A DNA stretch of 64,000 bases from the human T2T-CHM13v2.0 reference genome, Homo sapiens: NCBI RefSeq assembly GCF_009914755.1, contig NC_060934.1. One strand, written 5' to 3'. Each line of letters begins with the position of its first letter. Positions within the stretch are counted from its first letter, which is position 1. Under the pieces are notes generated by a model. The model had not been told where the DNA came from and made no database searches. It worked only from the letters and a program-made list of their open reading frames with translations. Below are positions 40,212-53,207 of this stretch, piece after piece. A program made the translations under genes and the position numbers.

Positions 40212-42836
40212 CAGGTATACATTGTTTTATTACACTTCACTGTTTTGTGCTTTGCAGATATTAGGTTTTTCACAAATTGGAGGTTTATAGCAATCCTGTG
40301 TCCATCAAATCTCTTGGGGCCATTTTCCAGTAAGCACGTGCTCACTTTGTATGTCTATATCACATTTTGGTAAGTCTCACAATGTTTCAAGCTTTTTTAT
40401 TACATTTTATTCTTTCATAATATTTTCTCATTATATCTGTTACGGTGATCTGTGCTCAGTGTTCTTTGATGTTACTATCGTGATTGTTTTGGATTCCATG
40501 AACTGCACCCATGAAAGGTGGCAAACTTAATTGGTAAATGCTGTGTGTTCTGATTGCTCTACTAACCCTCTCTCCCTTTCAGCATCCTTCTTCTTAGGCC
40601 TCCTTATACCCTAAGACACAAAAATATTAAAATTAGGCCGGTTAACAACCCTACAATGGCCTCTAAGTGTTCAAGTGAAAGGAAGAGAAACACGTCTCTC
40701 ACTTTCAATCAAAAGCTAGAAATGATTAAGTTTGGTGAAAAAGGCATGTTGAAAGCTGAGACAAGATGGAAAGCTAGTCTCCTGCACCAGTTAGTCAAGT
40801 TGTGAACACAAAGGAACAATTCTTGAAGGGAATTGAATGTGCTACTCCAGTCAACACAGGAATGATAAGAAAGTAAAACAGCCTCATTGCTGGTATGGAG
40901 AAAGTTTGATGGAGAAAGTCTGTGTCATGCATGACACAGACCCTAGATATTTAAAAAATTAAGGTTATCTAATATGCATTCCTCTGAAATATGTTATTTA
41001 TATAAAACATATATGATAGCATTATATAAACATACAAGAAAATGTATATTGTATAAAAAGAGGAAAACACTGAGGCTTCAGAAACTCTAATGGCTATTGA
41101 TAAATACAAGACAATTTTAATGATACATGAATAACAAACCAGTTACACCATTCCCTTAAGCCAAACCCTAATCCAGAGCAAGGCTCTAACTCTCTTCAGT
41201 TCTATAAAGGGTGAGAAAGTCGTGGAAGTTACAGAAGTAAAGCTGGGTGCCAGAAGAGTTTGGTTCATGAGATTCAAGGAAAGAAGCCTTCTCCATAGCA
41301 TAGCGCAAGGTGAAGTAGCAAGTGCTGATGGAGAAGCTGCACCAAGTTATCCAGAAGATCTAGAGAAGATCATTGGTGAAGGTGGCTACACTAAACATAT
41401 TTTCAATGTAGATGAAACCACCTTCTATTGGAACAATACACCATCTAGGACTTAAATAACTCTTATAACAAGGAAAAGTCAATGCCTGGATTCGAAAGAC
41501 GAGCTGACTCTCTTGTAAAGGGCTAATGCAGCAGGTGACTTTGAGTTGAAGCCAGTGTTGATTTACCATTCCAAAAATCCTACAGCCTTTAAGAATTCTT
41601 CTAAATCAACTCTGCCTGTGCTCCTCAAGTGGAACAAAGCCTGAATGGCAGCACGTCTGTTCACAGCATGGTTTACTGAACGGTTTAAGCCCACAATTGA
41701 GACCTACTGCTCAGAAAAATAGGATTCTTTTTAAAATACTACTGCTCGTTGACAATGGATCTGATCATCCAAGAGCTCTTATGGAGGTGAATAAGGAGAT
41801 TAATGTTGTTTTTATGCCTGCTAACATGACATCTATTCTGCAGCTCATGAATAGAAGAGTCATTTCAACTTTCAAGTCTTGTTATTTAAGAAACACGTTT
41901 TTTAAGGCTATAACTGCCATAGATTGCCATCCTCTGATTGATTTGGGTAAGGTAAATTGAACATTCTGGAAAGGATCAACCATTCTAGATGCCATTAAGA
42001 ATATTTGTGATCCATGAGAGGGGGGGTCAAAATATCAACATTGATAGGAGTTTGGAAAAGTTGATCCTAACCTTCATAGATGACTCAGAGGGGTTCAAGA
42101 CTTCAGTGGAGGAAGTCATTGCAGATATGGTAGAAACAGCAAGAGAATTAGAGTAGAGGTGCAGCCTAAAGATGTGACTGAATTGCTGACATCTCATAAA
42201 ACGTGAATGCATGAGTAGCTGCTTTTCACAATGAGCAAAGAAAATGTTTTCTTGAGATCGAAACTACTCCTGGTGAAGATGCTCTGAACACTGTTGAAAT
42301 GACAACAAAGGATTTAAAATATGACATAAACTCAATTGACAAAGCAGCAGTGGGGTTTGGGAGAACTGACTCCAAATTTGAAAGAAGCTCTACTATGGAT
42401 TAAATGCAATCAAAGAGCATCACATGCTCCAGAGAAATATTTTGTGAAAGGAAGACTCAATTGATGAGGTAAATTTCATTGTCGTCTTATTTTAAGAAAT
42501 TGTCACAGCCACCCCTGCCTTCTGCAACCGCCACCCTGATCAGTCAGCAGCCATCAACACTGAGGCAAGACCCTCCAGAAGCAAAAAGATTATGACTTGT
42601 GAAGGCTTAGATGATCACTGGCATTATTTAGCAATAAAGTATTTTTAAATTAAGATACATGCATCTCTTTACAGATACAATGGCATTGCACACTCAATAG
42701 CTTAATAGACTATGGTATGGTATAAACATAACTTTTACATGCACAGAAAAACAAAGAATATGTGTGACTTGCTATATTGTGACATTCACTTTCTCATGTG
42801 GTCTGGAACCAAACCCGTATCAATGACGTATGCCTG
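40212..42836 (+). mobile_element. Full-length Tigger1 DNA transposon with a decayed transposase
   Basis: TA-caggtatac ... gtatgcctg-TA termini. Transposase start atggcctctaagtgttcaagtgaaagg at 40656. Pogo/DDE fragments in the ORF track ([22 protein letters not shown]). Confidence 0.93.
40926..41135 (-). repeat. Inverted repeat arm 2 (templated insertion inside Tigger1)
   Basis: Non-Tigger AT-rich block interrupting the transposase; reverse complement of 39548-39757. Confidence 0.95.
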
Positions 42837-43157
42837 TATATGTTCAATAGGGTTTTCTGTATAATCCTCTAGCCCATTTTGCAGCAGTGTCTTAGTTGCC
42901 TTAGATTTTTTCCAAGTTTTACGTTGTTTCAAATTTTAATATTTTCTTTAATAGGATTATGCAGTTATATAAATAGAACTTTTTTTTTTAGTATTGCTAG
43001 GCTTGATTTCCTTTTTCCTCCAAACTCCTCCTCCAGAAGCTATAAAGAGTTCCATACATTCATGGATCACCAGTGAAAGCTATTATTCAATTACCAAGCC
43101 AGCCAATTTCTGAAATAGATTCTTAGCTGATGTAGTCCATTAAGAAGCCTATCCAGC

Positions 43158-43473
43158 GGCCAGGTGCAGTGGCTCACGTTTGTAATCCCAGCACTGTGGG
43201 AGGCTGAGGCGGGTGGATCGCCTGAGGTCAGGAGTTTGAGACCAGCCTGGCCAACATGGTGAAACTCAGTCTCTACTAAAAATACCAAAAAAAAAAAAAA
43301 AAAATTAGCCAGGTGTGGTTGTGCGGGCCTGTGTTCCCAGCTACTCAGGAGGCTGAGGCAGGGGAATCGCTTGAACCCAGGAGGCCAAGGTTACAGTGAG
43401 CCAAGATGTCGCCACTGCACTCCAGCCTGGGTGACAGAGCAAGACTCCATCTCAAAAAAAAAAAAAAAAAAAA
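43158..43473 (+). mobile_element. AluSx/Sz-family element
   Basis: Full dimer with an expanded middle A tract; TSD aagaagcctatccag / aagaagcctaaccag. Confidence 0.9.
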
Positions 43474-44722
43474 GAAGCCTAACCAGATTTCCACAGCTAA
43501 GTTTTCTCTAAAATATTCACAAAATTACTCATCTAGGAAGTAAGAGATGTTAGTCAGAAACAGACATAATTTGAAAAGACAGGATTTATTGTTTAGTTAC
43601 CTCAAACTGCTCCATAGATATCTGAGTCTTCAGTGTAAAAAAAAACCCAAGCAAAAACAAAAACCAGATTGTTAGGTTTTTATTAGCCTCTTCTTTTCCT
43701 TCTTATCTTTTGTTTTCTGGTGAAACCCCCTCCTGTCCCCTGTGCCAGCCACCGATCCTCACTAATGATGTCAGGATGTCTTATTGCATGAGGACATGTA
43801 GGCCAAACGAACAAAGATGGTATTTTTTTTCCATCTTTTTTAGGCACTTGTTTCCCTTCCCTGTTTCTTGCCAAGACTAGAAAAAGAAAATTAATGTTTT
43901 TTCCCCTTGGCTAACACTAAATGTTAAAGTGAAAACATTTATTTCTTTTGTCAAAATCATGCATTTGATGGTTCCTCTTAGCCAAGGGAGGTCATGTATT
44001 CATTTAGCGTGTAGATATAAGAAGTCACTCTAGTCTATGTTTCTGGCAAATGCTGTTATAATTAAGCCAGCAGTGGTCAAATTACAGAATACCCTATGAA
44101 CAGAAAAAGTCTCTAAAAAATAATTCCCAAGTCCTGGTTACAATCGAAAGCATAAACAATCATATTTTGTACATAATTAGAGTTGATTGTAATGTGATTT
44201 TATCTGTCAGAATAATATGCCCTGACAGAGCCTTAGAAAAATGGAATTTTTTTTGGTAATGGAGCAAGCTGTGGTTTACTTGCATTGCTAATAGCCTGGT
44301 GGTTGTGCGCAAGGATCAGAGTTTAAAATTCCTTGGAAGAAATGAATCTGCTTGTATGTGTCCTTAAATTCGTGTTTAAGTGTTCTTGGGTACATTTTAT
44401 AGGCATTTTAAGTTATTTTCCTCAATTCTCTGGAAGTGTTTTTAAATATCAGCAGTGTCACTATCTTCTAAAACATAAAGGGACAGGGAAACACATGGTT
44501 TGTCCAGGGTCACCAAGCAAAACACAGGCAAAAGGGAGGGCAGAATTAGATGGCTCAAGACATTGCACAAGACCTTTCTGCTTTCTCTTGTCTACAAAAA
44601 AAAAAAAAAAAATTTCCATAGAAGTCATCATAATATTTGACCGAAAAGCAGTAGTAATTATCCATGGGCAGGGAACAGCACATTTGCATAAAATTGGCCT
44701 ATAACCAATTGTTTTCTCTTAC

Positions 44723-44769
44723 CTTAATTTCTCTTTCTTTGCCTATTTAATGGAGGAAGGACTAATAAA
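44723..44769 (-). other. Candidate short exon, probably non-coding (unverified)
   Basis: Long polypyrimidine tract ending tttatag; AAG|gtaaga donor. Confidence 0.25.
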
Positions 44770-46029
44770 CTATAAAATTACAAAAGTAGACAAGAGAAAG
44801 AAAACAACTCAAATCCATGCAAAGGATCATCTGCTGAATAATCAAAAGTTGGCTGTGACTGGAAGCAAAGCAATGAATCCTTTAGCAAGCAAATATTTAA
44901 AGGATAGAGACACTACATAAAATGTATGTTTCAAAGCTATTTCCTTACTCATAGAAGCTGAATTTGAACAAATTAATCTCTTTTAATTTATATCATTATA
45001 AAAGCCAGTTGACATTTCATATCTGTGAGCATCAGACAGTCCTGTGAATTTGAACAACATGGCCCTACTGCAGGCTTTGTAGGCTGGTGGTTCCAAACAA
45101 GATTCAGTCTCTGCCTTGTTCTGAAAACTTCCTTTTTTCACCAGCATTACTGCACTTGCCAACAGTGACATAACCTTGAAATTATTTGTTACATTTTCCA
45201 ATGAACAAATCCAGCTTGTTAAGGAAATGGGCAGCCTATATCATCAGCAAAGAGTACAATAGAGGACTCAGAATTCAGCTTTGACTGGTGGGCCCACAGT
45301 ATTCCTTGTTTCTGGGAAATTTCTCTCATTTTACAAACAATCCAGGATTTTAATGGTGCTGGCAGGGCTGGTTTAGCTTCTAGATGTTGCTAGGAGAGTG
45401 TGCCACCTTCTGCACCATAAGAAAGCTGATGCTCACATGCTCATCAGTACATTTCACTCCACATGACATTTACACACTCAGGGTAATTGCATTTGCCATA
45501 GACTAAAGGTTTTCCTTTGAATCAGGTTGGTTGGCAATGAAATAAAATGTTGACAGCAACTGTTATTGACTTTTTCTAACTATAAAATTAATGCACATTA
45601 CTGATAATACTTTTTAAATTCTCTAAAGTACTAAGTAGAAAAGCCACTATCGTACCAGCGAAAGATACATTAGTAAGATACTCATAACATTTTCCCACTA
45701 GAAATAATGTGTGCTGTATATGTGGTTTAATTTGGAATAATAAAAGGAATATTTATAAAATAATATGATACCTGTTGGCCTCATGATATTTATAAATTTA
45801 AAAAGAAGAATCAATCTGGTATTCTCATTCTCTTTTCTCTCTCTCTCTCTCTCTCATCTATCATTCTACCAAATGGAATAATGTGATGTCCAGCAGGAAA
45901 ATACACTGGCAAATACTATAATGAAAAAGTTTGATTTGGAGAAAACCTGACTTGTAGAACTAATCCATGTCAAGTAGGTGCTCTTGTTTTTCCTTTGAAT
46001 TGTGCATTAGACTGTTGCTTTTTTAGATA

Positions 46030-46368
<339 letters not shown>

Positions 46369-46387
46369 TAATTTTATTTTTGAATAG

Positions 46388-47092
<705 letters not shown>

Positions 47093-47619
47093 AAAACTCC
47101 TGCTTTCATTCTTATATCTGTCTATCCTATTATACCTCTTGCCATATAAGAAATTTCCCTTGTTAGTTTTGTGTCCATATTTTCACTTTTCTTTTTGCAG
47201 TTATAAGTACACATGAACATGTGTTCTTATTTTCTACCTGTTTTACATAAATGATAGCTTACCGTCTTGACTTAGGCACCTTGCAGCTCCTATAGATCTT
47301 TCCCTGTAGGTATATGGAGAACTTCAGTTATCTCTATGACTGCATATATTTCTGTGTGTGGAAAGACTGTAGTTTATGTAGTCATATAAAGAAAGACAAT
47401 TCCTTTACAATATTTTGTACACCCAATTCTTCCATGATAACCTCGTGCAAATGTTAATTTGTATATTTGAAATTATGCATTTATGATAAATTCCCAGAAG
47501 TGGTATTGCTGGGTGAAAGACTAAATCCATTAATAATTTTGAAAAATGTTATCCTTTTACTGATCTTAACATTTTGTAATACCACCAGAAATAAAAGCAT
47601 GTTTTCCTTCTTTATACTG

Positions 47620-47797
47620 GTGTTCTGTTTTTTTGTTTGTGTGTTTGTTTGTTTAAGTTCTGGGATACGTGTACAGGATGTGCAGATTTGTTACACAGGT
47701 AAACATGTGCCATTGTGGTTTGCTGCACTTATCAAACTATTGCATACCTATTAAACCCAGCAAGCATTAGTGATTTATCCCAATGCTCTCCCTCCCT
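47620..47797 (-). mobile_element. Short L1PA 3'-end fragment within L1M remnants
   Basis: ttaagttctgggatacgtgtacaggatgtgcagatttgttacacaggtaaacatgtgcca; flanking ttctgtttt duplication. Confidence 0.85.
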
Positions 47798-49266
47798 AGT
47801 TTTCTGTTTTATCAAACATTTAAATTATTGATAGATGAAAAAATTATAGTGTTAGTTTTAAACTATTAGTTTTAGTTTTTCATCATAGTTTAGTTTTGAT
47901 AAGTTTAGTTAAACTTATAAAAAAGATTAAGCATATTTTTTACATGTTTCAAATGTTGGCTCTTTTTCTGGAAAATTATTTATCCTGATCTTTGCTTATT
48001 GTTGCATAGGGTTCCTCCTTCTTCCAAATTTTTAGAGCTTGTCATACATTAGAGCTTTTTAGACATTAGTCCTTTATGACAGGAGTTTTTATTTTTTAAA
48101 AACATTTTGTTGTCCCTCTTTTTATTTACTAATAGTGTTTTTTTTGTTGTTGTTTCATGTGGAGTTTTTTTGGCAGTTTCATGTTTTGCATTTTGTTTTA
48201 TCTTATTTTACCTGTGCACTTATTTTGGATTTTTAGGTGGTTAAATTTTTCAGTCTCTTTTCCCCATGGCCTAAATTTAATCTTTCTAATGAAAATTCTG
48301 CATACTAGAGTATTTTAAATATTTTCTCTTTCATAAATATCCTCTCAGAATAAGGCCCTTTTGATGAAAGATAGTGCTATCTCATTCTGAAAAGAAGCAT
48401 GGCAAATCTCTAATTTACTTATAGTTTAATATCATATTTCCCCTTAAATGAAAATGTTAATACCATAAGCCCTTGGGATTTGACTATTTCAATATCTAAT
48501 CCCACATATACTGTATGAAGCTTTTCATGATCATGAATATTTGATGAATCTATATGCTTTTTCAGATACAGAAGTGAATATCAATTCCAAATGGTCTAAA
48601 AGAGTTCCCTTGGAAGATTAATATAGCTTAGAATTTCTTATATTGAACTACAGGAGACCATCTGGGAATATATGTGGATATATACCTCATGTGTTCATAG
48701 TAGAGAGGCTAAGAACTATAGGAATGGTATCATATATGTTAGTTTAATCATTGCATCACTTTATATTCGATACACAAGTTGTAATAACTTGAGGTCGGTA
48801 ACAATCAGGAACATTGCTGTCTGCTCTGGGCAGCTGGTACAGTAGTGTGTGCCGCTCTTTGTGGTAACAATCAAACAGTTTTCTTATTCCAAATCAGCTG
48901 CCTTGGGTTAAAGTCTGAACATGTCTTAAACTCTGCATGTCAGGAGTGTTTAGGACAACTCTATCATTCATTTAGCTAGTACTGATACTGCTCCCCGGCG
49001 GGGGGATTCAGAGCTAAGCTCCAAGGCTCCAGCTCTAATTGGAGAAATTGCTGATAAATTCCCACAGCATTCCATTTAGATGCGTATTGCAGTTCTGTTG
49101 TGAGTGTTCTCTGCCCTGCTCCCACACAATGACAGCCCTGCTGGTATAACCCTGTCCTATGGGAGCTGCTGCTGTGGGTGGTGTATCTTTAGACCGATTG
49201 GATAGAGTCAGACTTTTCTTGTTAGTCTCAGAGGAGACATTCTCCCGTTTGTTTCTTATTTTGCAG

Positions 49267-49304
49267 GAATCATGGACCAGGCAAAGAGATGATAAACGTT
49301 TACA
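49267..49304 (+). other. Candidate 38-nt exon (unverified)
   Basis: gtttgtttcttattttgcag acceptor; ACA|gtaagc donor. Confidence 0.25.
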
Positions 49305-49770
49305 GTAAGCCTTCTTACATGAAGAGAAAATGCACATCCTACAAACATTGCTTTAATTTTTTATGTTAAATTACTTGGAGAAGGCATGTCTATCACAGAT
49401 GCAGACCCTTGGCTTCCTTCACTGCCCATAAAAAGCTCTTCAATCGCTCCTTGAGGCATCCATTTTTTCCCTACTATGAACTCTTTATTTCTTCATGTTA
49501 GTTAACAAATATAACTTCAACATATGCTTTTCTATTTTTCTTTTACCATCTTGACAGATCTCGTCCCTAATTCATTAGTTTATTCGTCAATTAAACCTCC
49601 ATTTTGTATGGACTGTATACCAGGAACGGCTAGGCTCTGTTTAGGTTCTGTGACAACTTAGAGAATAAAACCCCACCCCTATCTTTAAGGTGTCCACAGT
49701 GAGTGTGGGAAACACCCACATAAAGAGTCAATAATGCAACCATATAGCAGTTCATTGAGGTGGGCGTTAG

Positions 49771-50063
<293 letters not shown>

Positions 50064-50088
50064 TAGTTTTTAAAAGTCATATTGAGAT

Positions 50089-50370
50089 TGGGTGCAGTGG
50101 CTCACGGCTGTGATCCTAGTGCTTTGGGAAGCAGAGGTGGGAGGATACCTTGAGGCCAGGAGACTAGCTTAGCCTAAGCAGCATAGCAAGACCTTGTCTC
50201 TACTAAAAATTTAAAAGATTAGCTGAACATGGTGGTGCATGCCTGTAATCCTAGCAGCTTAGGAGGCTAAGGCGGGAGGATCACTTGAGCCCAGGAAGTT
50301 GAGGCTGCAGTTAGCCATGATAACACCACTGCATTCCAGCAGGGGCAACAGTGGGACCCTGTTTCTAAAA
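50089..50370 (+). mobile_element. AluJ
   Basis: gggaggatcacttgagcccaggaagttgaggctgcag. Confidence 0.88.
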
Positions 50371-50389
50371 GTAAGTAGGTAGGTAGGTG

Positions 50390-50426
<37 letters not shown>
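50371..50426 (+). repeat. (TAGG)n(TAGA)n tetranucleotide STR at the Alu tail
   Basis: Direct read. Confidence 0.95.
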
Positions 50427-51130
50427 AATATTGTATTATTGGGTTGAAGTAATTTATTCCTGGATAGTTTGCCTGACTATTCTGAAATCACTGGAGACTC
50501 ACCAACATGTAACATAAGCCAGTTGACAGGAATCTGGCCTAGGTCCTGGCTCCTGGATACTTTGCTTCTGGGGATTTTCATCATGTTACTGGAGGCAGCT
50601 TGGGCAGCGATCTCACCCTTGGCATGCTGGGAACCCTCTCTAATATGCAGACTTGCACTTACTTGCCAGGCATATTTTTAAAGACTTTATTGTATTCTTA
50701 TTTCTGCTTGGGCATGCTTGACATTTCTTTTCCTGAAACTCCTGGGCCACTTGTTCTTAGTTGCGTTTATTTTGTATTTAACAATTGCTTGCTACTTGTC
50801 TTATTTTACAGTGCTGTATATTCTTCTTGTCCCTTGGATGCAAGTATGTTTTAATAGAAGAACTGAGGTCTTAGGCGCTCAGGACATAGATATTGAATTA
50901 ATCATGATAAATGAATCACACCCCGATTTTTACTCTGATGCTGTAATTTACTAGCCACGTTAATGGGAGTAACATAAAACTAGTGAGTCTTTTCCTCCAT
51001 TACTATTGATATTAATTGATTAATATTATATTAAATTGCAGCTTTTTAGTAACAAGCTACTTTATTCGAGGCATTGTGAAGAGTGCTTTGCATAATTCTC
51101 TCATTTTCATGATACTACTACCTATGGTAA

Positions 51131-51434
<304 letters not shown>

Positions 51435-52317
51435 ACAAATCATGTATTAGTTTCTATAATTGTGTGCTTACTAAATGCCTTGCTAAACTTTCTACATATA
51501 TCTTTTTATTTAATATTCGCAACAATCCTATAAGTTCAATGTTATAATTTACTTAATGTTATTGATGCAAAAATTGGAAGCATAGTTAAATTTAACTTAT
51601 TTTCCATAAGTCACATATCTAGCAAGAAAGCCCAATTAAAACCCAGAGCAAGCCCAACTTCATTTAAAAAAGTATTAATAAATGTATTAATAAAAGCAAT
51701 ATACATGTATGTTACATATATTAGAAGAGTGAAAATGAAAATAAAATGCAAATTAAAAGCCTGAACTGTCAGTTTCCTTTCCTAGAAGTCAACACTGTCA
51801 TGCCAGAAACTCTATGTGCCTAGATAAGAATCCACCTACTCCATATCAATGCATACACATTACTCATGCCACCAATGAGCTCCTACCTTACTAAGTATGT
51901 TCAGCAGCTTGCTTTTTTCCTACTTAATATATCTCTAAGGTATTTCTATGTCAGTATATATCTATACCTATATCTATCTATATCTATCTTGTTCTTAACA
52001 TATGCACCACAATTTTCTACTAACTCAACAAGCTATAATTATTTAACCAGTTCTCTATTGATGGAATTTTAGATTGTTTCAAGTTTTCTTGTCATTTCAA
52101 AAAGTGCTGCACTGACCACTGTGATGGACACATCTTTGTACATCTGTGAGTCTCCCTTCCAAAGAAGTTGTCCCCATTTTTACTCCCAACAACATTTAAT
52201 GAGTTAATATCTTTTCATAGGTCCTTGGCATAATGAAATTCCTAAAACTTTGTCAGACTGGCAAGTGAATGAGGGTGTGTTATTGCTTGTACTTATATAT
52301 GGGTATTTATTAGTCTC

Positions 52318-53207
52318 AGAAGGCCTCAGTGAAAGGTGGCATTGTAACAAATGCTTAAGGGAGGTGAAGGGGAGCCATGTAGATTTCCTGGGGGAGAGCT
52401 GGCAGCCAGAGTGAACAGTAAGGGCAGCAGCTTGAAGCCTGGAATGTGCAGGCACGCACAGCATAGACAAGGTTCAGGAAGGAGGTCACCTGTGTGGGTG
52501 TGGAGCAAGTGAGAGCAAGTGCAGGAGGTGAGTCCAGAGAGGTGAAGATCCTAGTGTGGCAGGGCCCCATAGGCCACGCAAGGACTTTGACTTGAGTTCT
52601 GAGTGAGAAAATCAGTCATTGGAGGGCTGTAAGTCCATAAGTGAAATATCTGGTTAGCATATTACTCAATCATTCGGCTGCCATGTTATATACACCATGG
52701 GGAAAGGGAGGAAGCAGGAGCACTAACTATGAGGCATTGCAATCATTCCAGACAGAGGTGATGCTGGCTTCTATCAGTGTGGAGTGGAGGCGTGGATGAG
52801 GATTGGTGAGGCCCTTGATATATCTTGTAGGTTGAGATGTCAGGATGTATTCACAAATAGGATAAGGGCCATGAAAGAAAAAGAAGTCAAAACGATACCA
52901 AAGTACTTATGCCAAGCAACTAAAATTCAGAATTGCCTATAATAGATGAGTAAGACAGTGAGAAAGTCAGATTTTACAGGGGAGAAGATAAGGCATTTAG
53001 TTTGGTGCATGTTAAATCTCACATATCTATTAGACATACAAGTGGAGATATTGTCAGGACACTGGAGATGAGGGAAGAGGTCTGGACTGGGGGTACAAAT
53101 CCAGGCATCATTAGTACATGGATTTTCTCAGTGAAAGCCTTGAAAATGAAATATAGCTCATGAGAAATATATAGAAATAGAAAAGGAATCAAAGGACTGA
53201 GCCCTGT
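52318..53207 (-). mobile_element. L2 (L2a-like) fragment
   Basis: gaaggcctcagtgaaaggtggcatt...gaaggggagccatgtagat...aaggactttgacttgagttctgagtgag...ggactgagccctg. Confidence 0.8.

Noticed and set aside
41222-41960. Pogo/DDE transposase ORFs as a TIGD-like gene
   Set aside because: These are broken fragments within a TIR-bounded Tigger1 fossil with stops, frameshifts and an insertion.
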